From: Squalus acanthias
Lineage: Eukaryota
DNA length: 64,000 nt
Assembly: GCA_030390025.1 (NCBI GenBank)
Contig: CM059432.1
Coordinates: forward strand, 20,338,001 to 20,402,000
Direction of reading: 5' to 3'
Shown: positions 1 to 12,983 of the stretch, piece by piece
How positions within the stretch are numbered: the stretch's first letter is position 1
How the letters are laid out: each line of letters begins with the position of its first letter
The notes under the pieces: generated by a model
What the model saw: only the letters and a program-made list of their open reading frames with translations
What the model was told of the DNA's origin: nothing
The model's database searches: none
Position numbers and translations under genes: made by a program

Positions 1-330
1 GCTTTGGATGAGCTCAAGTTTACGGAGGGTGGCAGAAGGTAAGCCGGCCAGGACAGCAATGAAATAGTCAGGCCTGGAGGTAACGAAAGCATGGATGAGG
101 GGCTGAGCAGCAGCCGGGCTCAGTCGGGGGCGGAGGAGAGCGATATTTCGGAGGTGGAAGTATCGGTCTTGGTGATGGAGGGGATATGGGGTCGAAAGCT
201 CAGCTCAGGGTCAAACAGGACGCCAAAGCTGCAAACGGTCTGGTTCAGCCTCAGACATTGGCCAGGGAGGGGAATGGAATCGATGTCTAGGGAACGGAGT
301 TTGTGGCGGGGGCTGAAGACAATGGCTTTG
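1..330 (-). mobile_element. L2-type LINE RT fragment
   Basis: Reverse strand matches the L2 copies at 17325-20357 and 26897-27525 (LIHAFVTSR-type RT C-terminus). Confidence 0.75.
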
Positions 331-334
331 TAGA

Positions 335-415
335 TTATGCACTTCAGTCTGTAGTGGGACTTGAGCCCACAACCTTCTGACTCAAAAGATTGCTGCCAGC
401 TGAGCTAAAGTGACA
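335..415 (-). mobile_element. tRNA-derived SINE head fragment
   Basis: gtgggacttgagcccacaaccttctgactc is the reverse complement of the SINE head at 60660. Confidence 0.65.
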
Positions 416-539
416 TAAATATTAGAATAGATAGGTCTAATAGGATTCTGGGACAGGCACAAACACACTGGGACAAATGGTCTCATTCTCTAGCCTAATA
501 TTCCCATTATCTCATCCAATTGTATTTCGATAGAGCCCT

Positions 540-1090
540 GACATTTTTTGCCTCATTGGATTAATGCACTAACCAAGACAAACATATCTTTTTTGCCATG
601 TTTTGACCAAAACTGAAAAAATCCTGCTATCTGAGCCGTGCTTTGTTAAGTCTGAGTGATAAATTCTGTTAACTTTATCCCACTGTTCTGTCTATATATG
701 CAAGCATTCTATTATTGTTCTAAATCAATCTGCCATACTGTATGAGTATTGTCCTTTTTTAAGTATCTTTGTGCTAATTCAGTGCCATTCATTATATATT
801 TATGTCCCACAGTTTTTCAATTTCTGTAGAATAGCTTAAAATTTATTAATGCTATAATTCATTTGCCTCATGTCTGCCAATTGCTCAACTGTTCTTAATC
901 CTTTTTGCAAATTTTTTGCTGCATCTTCATTCTCCACTGCTGTCCTTACTTTTGTGTCATCAGCAAATTTAACCATTTTACAGCCAGGTTTCAGTATCCA
1001 GCTCATTAACACAGATTAGGAACAATCAGGTTCCAAGCACTGAATCTTGTGGGATTCCGTTTAATACTCCAGCCCTTTATGACATTCAAC
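540..1090 (-). mobile_element. Old, degraded CR1-like RT fragment
   Basis: Reverse strand retains GIPQDSVLGT and [11 protein letters not shown] motifs (about 950-1060). Confidence 0.55.
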
Positions 1091-1961
1091 CTCACAAGTA
1101 CTCGAGGGAAAGGTGCCCGCCATGTGCTACGGGTAGCAAAAACATGAAGCCATTTATAAAGAACAAGTTCACAATTTCACAGCACTAAAGAGGAAAATTT
1201 CCATCTCTGCTTCCAATTTATGATTCAGTTTTCATATTCAGTCTCACGTTCTATCCTGTATTCCTTCAGCTTTAGTTTAAATTAGAAGTCTTTCATCTGG
1301 AACCTACTCAAAAGCTTAGGATCATCGAATTTTATGACACAAAAGGAGGCCATTCTGCCCATCACATCTGTGCTGGCTCTCTGAATGAGCTCTCCACTTA
1401 ATCCCATTCCCCTGATCATTCCCCATGCTGGAGTTTTTTTCTTTGACCAAATATTTATCCACTTCCCCTTTAAAATCTATGATGGATTCTGCTTCCAACA
1501 ATCTTTCTGGTGGCCTTTCCTTCTCCTTACAATCCTTTGCAAAAAAAAAATTCTAACATCTTCCTGCGTTTCCCCACCACCTGGGCAAAGAGACCAGCAG
1601 CAGTTAACAGCACCGATCAAGGACAAGACCTCTTTCCATGGTTTTGCGCTCCCTGCACCATTAGCACACAGGAGCAGAATTTTTATCTTAAAGTAACTAT
1701 TTTCTTAAATTGAGCATCATCACTACTTTAATCAACCGCCCTTTTAGAGCTTGCTCTCCCATTTTTAAACATTTTGGTATCTGAACACCCGAGTCTCTCT
1801 GCCCTTCTACTCCTTTTGAAGCTATACTGTTCATCAGTCTATATTTCCTCTCATTCTTTCTCCCAAAATGTATTGCCCCACACTTCTCCACATTAACTTG
1901 CATCTGACATCTACCCAATGTACTAATCTGTCTTCACCAGTGCTTAACCAGTGCTTACGAC

Positions 1962-2708
1962 ATGTCTTCCTTTTTCCTCAACCGAGGATTCCCCTCTACC
2001 GTGGTTGACACGGCCCTCGACCGTGTCCGTTCTATCTCCCGCACTTCTGCCCTCACCCCTGCCCCTCCCTCCCGGAACCACGATAGAGTTCCCCTTGTCC
2101 TCACCTTTCACCCCACCAGCCTCCACATTCAACGGATCATCCTCCGCCATTTCCGCCACCTCCAACGTGATCCCACCACCAAACGTATCTTCCCCTCACC
2201 TCCCCTTTCAGCATTCCGTAGGGACCGCTCCCTCCGAGACACCCAAGTCCACTCCTCTATCACCCTCAGCACCCCTTCCCACTCGCCCGGCACCTTCCCG
2301 TGCAAGCGCAGGAGATGCAACACCTGCCCTTGTACCTCCCCCCTTCCCACTCTCCAGGGCCCCAAACACCCCTTCCAGGTGAAACAGCGATTTACTTGTA
2401 CTTCTTGCAATCTAGTATACTGTATTCGCTGCTCACGATGTGGTCTCCTCTACACTGGGGAGACCAAACGCAGATTGGGTGACCGCTTTGCGGAACACCT
2501 CCGTTCAGTCCGTAAGGGTGACCCCGAGCTTCCGGTCGCCTTTCATTTTAACTCACCGCTCCACGCCCACTCAGACCTCACCGTCCTCGGCCTCTTGCAT
2601 TGTTCCACGGAAGCTCAGCGTAAGCTCGAGGAACAGCACCTCATCTTCCGATTAGGCACTTTACAGCCTTCCGGACTCAATATCGAGTTCAACAATTTCA
2701 GATCATAA
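1962..2708 (+). CDS. Penelope RT-thumb/GIY-YIG endonuclease C-terminal ORF (truncated)
   Basis: 248 aa open frame with GIY-YIG motifs VYCIRC / LYTGET. Confidence 0.85.
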   Translation: MSSFFLNRGFPSTVVDTALDRVRSISRTSALTPAPPSRNHDRVPLVLTFHPTSLHIQRIILRHFRHLQRDPTTKRIFPSPPLSAFRRDRSLRDTQVHSSITLSTPSHSPGTFPCKRRRCNTCPCTSPLPTLQGPKHPFQVKQRFTCTSCNLVYCIRCSRCGLLYTGETKRRLGDRFAEHLRSVRKGDPELPVAFHFNSPLHAHSDLTVLGLLHCSTEAQRKLEEQHLIFRLGTLQPSGLNIEFNNFRS

Positions 2709-2980
2709 CCTCGGCCCCGACCATTTTTATCCCCCCCTTTTGGTTTGTGCCTTTTCCCTTGTTTTTCTCTCTCTCCCACATGGCAGCTGTCTTTCATCCT
2801 GCCAGCGCATTTCACACTTCTGAGCCATCTTTTTTCTTAACCTGTCCTATTACCATCTCGTCTCGCCTTGTGTATCTCTTAATGTCTCCATGTCTCACAG
2901 ACCTTCCCTTTTGTTCTTTTATTCCCTCCCCCAGCGTCCAAACTTGCTTTTTCATCTGTTTCATTTCCTGCTTTTTTCTC

Positions 2981-3017
2981 AGTTCTGACGAAGGGTCTTC
3001 GACCTGAAACGTTAACT
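2981..3017 (+). ncRNA. Minimal type-I hammerhead ribozyme motif (Penelope family A pLTR)
   Basis: AGTT-CTGACGA-AGGGTC-TTC-GACCT-GAAA-CGTT-AACT: CUGANGA and GAAA cores, stem II, palindromic AACGTT stem III, AGTT/AACT stem I. Confidence 0.8.
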
Positions 3018-3214
3018 CTATTTCTCTCTCCACGGATGTTGCCTGGCCTGCTGAGTTTTTCCAGCGCTTTCTGTTGTTATTTCAGTTTTCCAGCATCCGC
3101 AGTATTTTGCTATTGTACTAATCTGTCCATGTGCTCCTGAAGTCGCTTATTGTGTCGTTCACCATTAACCATGTTCCCTATTTTGGTGTTTCCTGAAAAT
3201 TGCTTTGCAAAACT

Positions 3215-3230
3215 CCACCAGAGGGAGTGC
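3215..3230 (+). promoter_or_regulatory. Candidate CTCF motif
   Basis: CCACCAGAGGGAGTGC resembles the CTCF consensus CCASYAGRKGGCRS. Motif match only. Confidence 0.3.
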
Positions 3231-3632
3231 CATAATCTATTTTATCAGTCACATACTCAGTCATCGAGGAGGTTCTTCAGGCAGGATTGCTCACTTCATG
3301 TCCATGCTGGTTGTTTAAGCTATTGGTATACGCAATATATTTGGGTAGAACAAATGAAGGACAGAGATATGATGGGTTGCTAGTCCATATGCTTGTTTTA
3401 CTAGGCCAGAGCGAACTGAGCATGCTCAAAACAAACCATGTGACAAACCATGTGATAACACATTACACTGCTTCCCCCTTAAAAAAAGTTACACTGCTTC
3501 CCACTTAATAAAAAGTATGTATTCTCCTCTCAAATACAACAAAACTGTGGTCCCACCTTTCCCAGCATTACATGCACCACATAACAAAACTCCTGGCTTT
3601 TTTTAAAATGAATTACAAATCCTACATATGAA

Positions 3633-6600
3633 CTACACATTCAGTTTAATAACAGGTTTGCGGAGCCTTCCTGATCTCCTTAAAAAAGGTTTTGGTGTTG
3701 AACCAATTTTCAGGCTGTTTTGTTCTGGTTCTGAACTCATAGAAGTAGGTACCACCACGCTGTTTCCCCACTTGATACAACCTTGCTCACAAGACAATTC
3801 AGTACGACGGTTATGGAATGGTTTCAAATCTGTGTTCATACACTGATCAGTCCATCCATTCAAGGTGTTTTCATACACTCTTTTCAGTAATGAATCCTTT
3901 TGAGACTCATTTGCAAGCTCAGCTGCATTCACAGGAAAGTCTTTGTCAACTGCACCTAGCATGAAAATCACACTCTCTCTCCCAACACGAGTCCTCATGT
4001 GGCAATCTGGACAAGGCATCTGTGATTGCATTTTGCTTTGTAGTGCGATATTCAATCGTGTAGTCATATTGTGACAACAACACTGCCCAACATTGCATTC
4101 TTGATGCGACCATTGCAGTGACAGCAGATTTGGGTCCCAATATTCCTAGGAGCGGTTTGCGATCGGTTATCAGGGTAAACTTTCTGCCGATCAGGAACTG
4201 TTGAATTTTCTTGATTCCAAACACTGTGGCGAGTGCTTCCTTTTCAATTCACGCGTAGTTTCTTTCGCTCTGAGGGTTTGCGATGCGAACACGATTGGCT
4301 TCTCTTGGTCGTCATCCATTACGTGGCTTATGACAGCTCCCACACCGTAGCTAGAAGCATCACATGCTAACTTAAGCTCACTTCTCTTACAAGCGTCGTA
4401 AGCTTCCTGTTGCACTTTTGTCCACTTCACTGGACATTCTTCTTGAGGAGCTCATGCAATGGAGCTAACATGGTCGCTAACTCAGGTAAGAAACGTGTGT
4501 AGTACTGGACCATTCCAAGGAAAGATCTTAACTCAGACACGTTCTGTTGTAATGGAATAAGCCATATTCCAAGAAATGCATCATCCTATGAACAGATTTT
4601 GATATTATTAATACAAGACATACTGAGTTTAAAAGTCTGGAGAGCCTTGGCAACACAGGCTGCAAACACAATACAGGCTTCTGAGATAAGATGAACTGTT
4701 AACCAAAGCTGTAAAACACCACAAACTTTGAAATGGGAGATGGTTGTAAACACAAAAACAATGCCCCGATTGAAGCAATCCATTGGCACTTCCAGAAGGT
4801 CTGGAGTTTGGGAGAAACACAATGGAATGACCCAAGTAAAGTGTTATAAGCTAACACTCAGGGAAACAGAAACTTAGAACATTAAACAACCATATGCCTT
4901 CATTAAGTAACATCAATAAGACAGGAAACACGATTAAATATGCAACCAATTGAGATAGCAAGAAAACAAGTAAACACCCTTAGAGAAGTGTTTTCAATTT
5001 ACAAATTGTAAAAGATACCTACAGAGAGGCTTTGAAAATATAATATCAATAGATGACACCAAACAATCACATTGTTTATGTGTTAAACTTGGAACACCAC
5101 GGAGTCACGACGTCTGGCTTACAAGCAGTTAAGTGATATTAAGGATTCAATAGAAAGACTTCCTAAGAATGGCATCAAATAGATAAATCGATAATAACCA
5201 TTTTATGATAGTTTTTGAAACACCTAAAGGTAGAGACAGAATTCTAAAAGTTGGCAGCTGAAATGACAGTAAGAATAGAAAAGAATTCAATAAAGAATCA
5301 CTAGAGATAATTAGCTTACATCAGCAGGAAACTTCAAAGAAAATACCACTAAAAAAAGGTATAAAAATAGAGCTTTTCAGATAGAGAGTCAGAAGTCGCT
5401 GGAAGGGCAAGCGTTTCTCAACTTCACAGGCACGCTCTGTAAGTTTTTAAACTCTGAGTCTCGGGTAAACAAGGTATTTGATTTTGCTGGATATTCTGGA
5501 TTAAGCAATAAGTAGAAGTGTGGAAATGTAACGAAGTTAAGATTTGAGAATAAGGATCTCTGATAAGAAATGTAAGCTATTTGTATTTTGAACGGTTAAA
5601 GTTGCGATTGCCATACCAGCTGTTAACTAGATGTCGGTTCTTCAATAAATCTATATATTTTTAAATTGTCTCAAAGATTATTTCTGTATCAATCTCGCAA
5701 ACTCAATTTCTGCACACTCTTCAGTGAGGAGTTGCAGAATTCGGGGGGGTTTTCCGGACTCTCATAATATCCGGAAGGTTACAGTCTAGTTAAACATGTT
5801 AAAAGTGCTAGCCGGAGGACGGTAACATCTTCAGGCCGTTTCTTTCCTTTAGGGAGAGGTAGTCTGACCTTGAGATCCAATTAAGCGTCTCTAGGATTCG
5901 GCTACCGCTAACTTTAGTTGAAGGTGAATGTCTGGGGAATACGCCTGATCTGGGGTAGCCCGAAAAGAGCTAGGACTTGTAATTATCCCTTCACTGTGGC
6001 TTTGGAGCATTGATGACAGCATCAACCTTTTCCTGCACTGGTTGCAAGCCATTTGCATCAACTTTCAGACAAAGGTACACAACCTCGGGCTGCACAAAAG
6101 CACATTTGCTCCTTTTCAATTTGACATTGTGGGAATTAAACCTTTGTAGCACTATATTCAACACTTCTAGATTTCTTCCTCGCTGCTTGTTGCGATCAGC
6201 ACATCGTCTTGATTGCATAAGCAATTTGGAATTCCTTGCAAAATCTTATCCATCGTAGCCTGGAAGATTGTGGGGGAGGAATTTACACCATACGGCAGCT
6301 TGGTTTATGAGTACAGTCCCTTGTGTGTGTTGTTAGTGAGATACTGTTGATTCTTCTCGTCAACATTCAGCTGAGCGTAAGTATGCGACAGGTCAAGCTT
6401 GGAGAAAACCTTTGACCCAGAGATTGCTGCATACAAATCTTGCGATGTAGGTAGCAGGTACTGCTCATCGTCAACCACTTGGTTGATAGTAACTTTGTAG
6501 TCACCGCACAAGCGTACAGTTTTGTCTGCTTTGGGCACTACCACGATCGGGGTAGCCCATTCACTTTTGTCAGTTTTTACTAGCACTCTGTTCTCTCTGA

Positions 6601-8030
6601 GCTTCGCTAGCTCTTCCTCCACCTGACTTTTCAACGTATAGCGGACCGGCCTTGCCTTACAATAGACAGGCTTCGCATTGGACTTGATGCAGATATGCGT
6701 GTAATACCCAGTGATGTCCTCACAACTGTCTGAGAACATGCTTTTATACTTGTTCAGCATTGTGTCGAGTCGCTTCTTTGAAGCATCCACACTGAAAATG
6801 TTTTTCCAGTCTAGTTTTAACTTTCTCAACCAGTCTTTGCTCATGAGGGTTGGCCTGTTGTTGTGGCTCACTACAATAATAGGCAGCTTTACTGACTGGC
6901 CATTGTGTTCAACTGTACATTTCATTTGTCCACATGTCTCTAGGATTTCTCCAGAGTAGGTTTTTAACTCTACGGTACTCTTTGTAAGTGGTATTTGATT
7001 AAACTTACTCATGATAGAGCAGTCCGCTGCTGTGTCAATACACATATCAATATATTGGTCACTGATGAAAAGTTTTGTACGGATGTCTTTCTCACGACTG
7101 CTTGCATTGCCACTAGTGGCATAGACACTGTAGATGCCGAGTTCTTCAACATCAGGTGTGTTCACTTCAACATTGTGAACTCCTCCCTTTTGTTGTCGCT
7201 GCTTTGCATTGCCACAAGAATGGTTCTTACTTCCTACTTTAGATCTAGCTCTGCAAGCTGTTGAAATCTGGCCTTGCTTCTGGCAGTGAAAACACTTCAT
7301 ATTTCTGTGTTGGCAGGACTGTGAGTGATTTCCATTGCAGGGATAACAATTCACTGAACTGCTCTCACCAACATGCTTTTGACTTGGTCTCACAATCTTG
7401 GGTTTGGCAGTGGCTTTGTGACTGTAGACCTCAGCTGCACTAGTCACTTGAGTTGGACGGAGCTTCCTAGCATTCTTAGATGCTATTTCCATAAATAGGG
7501 GCAATTTTGCATGCTATGTCAAACGTTAGGTTCGGAGTGTTCAGTAACTTGGACTGTGTGCGCTCATTCACCAGTCCACACACAAACTTATCTCGCAACG
7601 CACGATCCAAAAATGTGCCGAAGTTACAATGCAGAGACAGGTTCTTAAGAGCTACAATGTACTCACTGATGGTTTCACTTTGTTTCTGGTACCAAACTTA
7701 TAGGTCTCTGCTATTTCTAACGGCTTTGGGTCGAAATGGTCCTCGAGTTTCTCAACAATGTCTTCAAACAATGCATCTTTCGCTTTCCCTGGCACGAGTA
7801 GATTTGTCAGCATTCCATAAACATCTGGCCCGATCTCGGTTAGAAAAATTGCTTTCTTCTGTTCACAAATTACTTTATTTTGAGCTTGAACATTCTCATC
7901 TGCACCTTCGGTCTCAGTAATGTTATTGGCCCTAAAAACATCTCCATCCGCTCAATGCAAGAACTGAATGGTTCGTGAGCTTGGTCATACATGCCAAGGC
8001 TTCCGATGAATCCTGTAGGTGCGGCCATGA
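3633..8030 (-). pseudogene. Gypsy gag-pol pseudogene (frameshifted, integrase core deleted)
   Basis: Zinc knuckles (CFHCQKQGQISTAC), protease IDTAAD, RT (WATPIVVVPK, FSKLDLSHTYAQL), RNase H (LACDASSYGVGAVISH), then a jump to the C-terminal RRSGRLRKP. Confidence 0.9.
4548..5993 (+). mobile_element. Long (1446 bp) solo LTR inserted in Gypsy pol
   Basis: TG...CA ends and a 4-bp TSD CTGT (4544-4547 / 5994-5997) splitting pol at APKPQ|NVSELRSFLG. TATAAAA at 5360, AATAAA at about 5644. Confidence 0.85.
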
Positions 8031-8338
8031 TTGTCCCGATCCCGTTGAACATTGACTCAGCACCCTGTGTACCTGTGAGAATCAAAGCCACTGTTGTGTA
8101 TACATATACGAGAAGGCGAAGCACAGACAATTCTGCATCAGCATTAACAGAAAAACATCGCAAAAAATTCAGTTTAGGTGTCACAAACTTACCTTAAACT
8201 TTTCCACACGAAGATTGAACATTGTGTCCTTCCATGATCCCTAAAAATGGCTTCCAGATCCCATTCTCATCGCCAAAATGTAATATATGTGGGGAGAACA
8301 AATGAAGGACAGAGACACGATGAGTTGCGTGTCCATGT

Positions 8339-10280
8339 CAAAAAACCTCCCAGAAATACGAGAAAACCAAGGGTGTGGCGAGAATGAGAACTTAAAGATA
8401 TTATTATTGGTAAAAACACAGTACTAGCAAAATTAATGGGACTAAAAGTCGATAAATCCCAAGGACCGGATGATCTACATCCTCGGGTTTTGAAAGAGGT
8501 GGCCATTGGGATAGTGGACGCATTGGTAGTCATCTTCCAAAATTCTATAGATTCTGGAACGGTTCCTGCAGATTGGAGGATAGCAAATGTAACCCCACTA
8601 TTTAAAAAAGGAGGGAGAGAAAACGGGGAACTACAGACCTGTTAGCCTCACATCAGTAGTTGGGAAAATGCTGGAATCTATTATAAAGGATGCATTAACT
8701 GGGCACTTAGAAACTAATAGTAAGATTGGGCAGAGTCAACCTGGATTTATGAAAGGGAAGTCCTGTTTGACAAACCTATTGGAGTTCTTTGAGGATGTAA
8801 CTAGTGGAGTAGACAAAGGGGAACCGATAGGTGTGGTGTATTTGGATTTTCAGAAGGCCTTCGATAAGGTCCCACACAAGAGGTCGGTGAACAAAATTAG
8901 GGCACATGGAATTGGGGTAATATACTAGCATCTTGAGAATTGGTTAACAGACAGAAAACAAAGAGTAGGGATAGAAACATAAACATAGAAACATAGAATC
9001 TAGGAGCAGGAGTAGGCCATTCGGCCCGTCGAGCCTGCACCACCATTCAATACGATCATGGCTGATCATCCAAATCCAGTACCCTGTCCCTGCTTTAATC
9101 CCCACAGTACACATATCCCACCCTACCCCCGTAACCCCACATATTTAATTCCCCCTAACATATCCCATCCTATCCCCATAACCCCACATATTTAATCCCC
9201 CCCTAACACTAAGGGTCAATTTATCATAGCCAAATCAACCTAACCCGCACATTTTTGGACAGGATAAACAGGTCTTTTTCAGGATGGCAGGCTGTGACAG
9301 TGGGGTACCGCAAGGATCGGTGCTTGGGCCCCAGCTATTCACAATCTATATCAATGATTTGGATGATGGGACTAAATGTAACATTTTCAAATTTGCTGAT
9401 GATACAAAGCTAGGTGTCAGTGTCAGTTGTGAAGAGGCTTCAAGGGGATCTCGACAGGCTCAGTAAGTGGGCGAGAACATGGCAGGTGGAATATAATGTG
9501 GATAAATGTGAAGTTATCCACTTTGGTAGAAACAACAGAAAGGCAGAGTATTTCCTAAATGGTGAAAGATTGGGGAATGCAGATGCTCAAAGGGACCTGG
9601 GTGTCCTTGTATGAGTCACTGAAAGTGAATGTGCAGGTGCAGCAAGCCATTAGGAAGGCAAATGGTATGCTGGCCTTCATTACAAGAGGATTTGAGTACA
9701 GGAGTAAAGAAGTCTTACTCCAATTATATAGGGCCTTGGTGAGACCACACCTGGAGTACTGTGTACAATTTTGGTCTCCTTACCTAAGGAAGGATATACT
9801 TGCCATAGACGGGAGTGCAACAAAGGTTCACGAGATTGATTCCTGGGATGGCGGGACTGTCGTATGAGAAGAGATTGAGTAAATTAGGCCTGTATTCTCT
9901 TGAATTCAGAAGAATGAGAGGGGATCTCATTGAAGCATACAAAATTATTACGGGCTTGATGGGGTGGATGCTGGGAGAATGTTTCTGGGGAGTCTAGAAC
10001 CAGGGCCCACAGCCTCAGGACGGAGATGAGAAGAAATTTCTTCACACAGAGGTTGGTGAATCTTTGGAATTCTCTACCCCAGATGGCTGTGGAGGCTCAG
10101 TCATTGGGTATATTCAAAACAGAAGTCGATAGATTTCTGACTAGTAAGGGCATCAAGGGATATGGTGATAGGGCCGGTGAATGGAGTTGAGGCAGAAGAT
10201 CAGCCATGATCTCATTGAATGGCGGAGCAGGCTCGAAGGGCCGAATGGCCTACTCCTGCTCCTATTTCTTATGTTCTTAT
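8339..10280 (+). mobile_element. CR1 (HER1-like) LINE 3' portion inserted in the Gypsy 5' LTR
   Basis: RT pieces [51 protein letters not shown]. Has a 3' hairpin and (TTCTTATG)-type tail. Confidence 0.9.
8973..9260 (-). mobile_element. HE1-like SINE/CR1-tail fragment nested in CR1
   Basis: CATAGAAA tail and CR1 3' hairpin on the opposite strand, with an internal C-rich tandem duplication. The host CR1 resumes at about 9262 (GGATA repeated). Confidence 0.65.
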
Positions 10281-10447
10281 GTGCTTGTTTTACTAGGCTA
10301 GAGCGAACTGAGCATGCGCATACTAAACTATGTGACAAACCATGTGATAATACATTACAGTATACAGGCGCTCCCTCCTGCCCGAGTTAGGAAAGATACC
10401 ATTTTACTTTTCATTGAAGCTGGGCTAATAGATATGGTCCTTTAAAG

Positions 10448-10880
10448 TGTCAGCCTCAGCTCAGTTGGTAGCACTCTCATATGGGTTCGAGATCTTTTCC
10501 AGAGACTTGAGAAAATAACTTAGGCTGATAATTCAGTGCAGTACTGCATTGTCGGAGGTGGCATCTTTCGGATGAGACGTTAAACCGAGGTCCCGTCTGC
10601 TCTCTAAGGTGGACGTAAAAGATCCCATGGCACTATTTGAAGAACAGAGGAGTTCCCACAGTGTCCCGGCCAATACTTATCCCTCAGACAACATTACTAA
10701 AACAGATTATCCAGTCATCATCGCATTGCTGTTTGTGGGAATTTGCTGTGCACAAATTGGCTGCCACCTTTCTCTACATTACAGTGTGACTACTCTTTAA
10801 AAGTATTTAATTGGTTGTAAAGTGCTTTGCGACGTCCTGAGGTTGTGAAAGGTGCAATATAAAAGCAAGTTCTTTCTTTG
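10448..10880 (+). mobile_element. tRNA-derived DeuSINE (SacSINE1-like)
   Basis: tRNA head, central GTGGACGTAAAAGATCCCATGGCACTATTT domain, L2-like tail. Confidence 0.85.
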
Positions 10881-10959
10881 TTTTGTTCTCCTCTCCCTGT
10901 TTTAAAGGTAGGTACTAAACTTTCCTGTTTCCAGTCCTGATCGTAACAGAACTTAGCAA

Positions 10960-11415
10960 TCTCGACACCATCCAGGACAAAGCAGCCCGCTTGATTGGCA
11001 CCCATCCACCACCTTAACCATTCACTCCCTCCACCACCGGCACACCGTGGCTGCAGTGTGTACCGTCTACAATATGCACTGCAGCAACTCGCCAAGGCTT
11101 CTTCAACAGCGCCTCTCATAACCGCGACCTCTACCACCTAGAAGGACAAGGGCAGCAGGCGCATGGGAACACCACCACCTCCAAGTTCCCCTCCAAGTCA
11201 CACACCATCCTGACTTGGAAATTTATCGCCGTTCCTTCATCATCGCTGGTCAAAATCCTGGAACTCCCTACCTAACAGCACTATGGGTGTACCTTCACCA
11301 CAAGGACTGCAGCGGTTCAAGAAGGGGGCTCACCACCACCATCACCTTCTCAAGGGAAATTAGGGATGGGCAATAAATGCTGGCCTTGCCCGCATCCCAG
11401 GAACGACTAAAAAAA
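10960..11415 (+). mobile_element. 3' end of the LINE family seen at 45940-48842
   Basis: Near-colinear with 48380-48830. Confidence 0.85.
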
Positions 11416-12983
11416 ATTCTCCCATAATGAGTAACAGCCAGTGACCGATCAATTTCATCCTCAATCTTTGTCACCACCATAAGATATATACTCTTTGACC
11501 CAATGGATTTGTCGAAAACCAACAAATGTGAAATACCAGAGGTTTACCCTTCACTGATTATTGCCAGATCGGTCATTTATTTGTCTAGATAAGCTTTTGC
11601 CACCATTAATGTTTTCATATATCTTACATATATCAATGACATGATTTGAAGTATTGAATAATTTTCTGCGATAAATTAAGTAACTTTCTTTAAAATGACA
11701 CGGTTTTCACAAAATTGTTCAGCAAACCTTTTTCTTTGTTGGTGGAAATAAAATCCACAAGTATTGTGTCTCATATTTCACCATCATGATTTTACTCACG
11801 AGTGACTCATTCCATAGTGCACTTGCAAACAAGTAGTTGAGGCAAAGACCATTGCATCTTTTAGAGAAACAACTGAAGCAGAAGAAGATACGTAGCGAGA
11901 GCAAGGCATTTGGATTAGTTTTCGATTGCTCGCGCAAGAGACAAAGACAGAATGGGCCCAATGGCCTCTATCTGTGCAGTAAACCTCGAAGGAAACAACG
12001 ACATCTGCTCTTCTGAATGCATGATGCGGAGATGCCGGCGTTGGACTGGGTAAGCCAGAGCACAAAGGTTCAACTGTTACAAAAATAAAACACAGTAATG
12101 TTTCTAAATCTTTCCAAATGAAATTTATGGGTGAAATTATGAGGAATATATATCCTACTATTAACTGTCAATAATTAATACAGAAAAATTTGGATTCCTT
12201 GAAAAAACAAACAATAGGTAGAGTTCTGTTGGCCGGTAGTAGTATATGGGACATAACATGGGAAAGCAGTGGTTACATTTGAGCCCTGGATACTGCCTGC
12301 TCCGTTGATGGAAAGTCGCTGAGTTTCACATTAGCACAGTCCCTTTGGAGAGATCGACTTACAGGCGCAAGAGTGGTGAACAAGAATATTAGAACATTTC
12401 ATATCCCTTTTGTGTAAACAGTTGTGAAATCCTAACACATGACCTTGACTTCTAATCACTAGGGCAGAAACAGCCAAACATCACTGCGCAGCATTAAGTT
12501 GGTCTGTCAGGTGAGTCAATACAACACTGTGCATTTGCTGCCGACGATATAAATCATTTGTATAGGTTTCCAATAATAAACACTTGATTTGAATAGCAAC
12601 TTGTTTAAAATGTTCTCCCTCCCTCTTCTGAAGACATTGGCTCATGCTTAGGTATAGTTCTGAAAGCACCAACTGCTGCCTGGCACCTCGCCCAACCATT
12701 CTTCAGGTACGAGCCTAGACCATGTGTGTTGGCGCACTGTTTGATGTGGAAGGCAACACAGCCAGGCCTGATGCTGTCCTCACCCAAGAGCTGCACTTTT
12801 CAGCTCAGGACACTGGATAGCGATTTGGAGTGGGAAGCCTGTTTTGATTACCGTTGCCCCAGTAAACTCAGTATCGAGCATGAACGTGGGAACTTCCAGC
12901 AAAAGTTCCAACAATGGATAGTCCACTCAGCCCTTAGAGGAGCTGACCAAACAACTTTGATGATTCCGTGACCAAGAGGAAAC

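Larger units (their letters stand above)
1933..3113 (+). mobile_element. 5'-truncated Penelope-like retroelement (family A) with GIY-YIG endonuclease and 3' pLTR
   Basis: ORF 1962..2708 contains CxxxxCxxC, NLVYCIRC..CGLLYTGETKRRLGDRFAEH and GLN. Flanked by a 14-bp TSD TGTACTAATCTGTC (1919-1932 / 3114-3127). Confidence 0.92.
1697..3210 (-). mobile_element. CR1 RT fragment interrupted by a Penelope element (CR1 parts about 1697-1932 and 3114-3210)
   Basis: ORF 1697..1918 reads QMQVNVEKCGAIHFGRKN. The sequence resumes after the TSD at 3114. Confidence 0.7.
3331..10359 (-). mobile_element. Decayed full-length Gypsy/Ty3 LTR retrotransposon with nested insertions
   Basis: Paired LTRs of about 137 bp (3331-3467; 8279-8338 plus 10283-10359), 5-bp TSD GTATA (3326-3330 / 10360-10364), PBS TGGCGATGAGAATGG next to the 5' LTR (about 8261-8275), PPT AAGGGGGAAGCAG (3468-3480), and gag-PR-RT-RH remnants. 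Confidence 0.92.

Noticed and set aside
11790..11900. Minus-strand GTGAGT donor after ...WNESL, considered as a syntaxin exon
   Set aside because: No frame resembles TSNARE1/STX12 and there is no convincing acceptor. The same applies to donors near 14030 and 24580.
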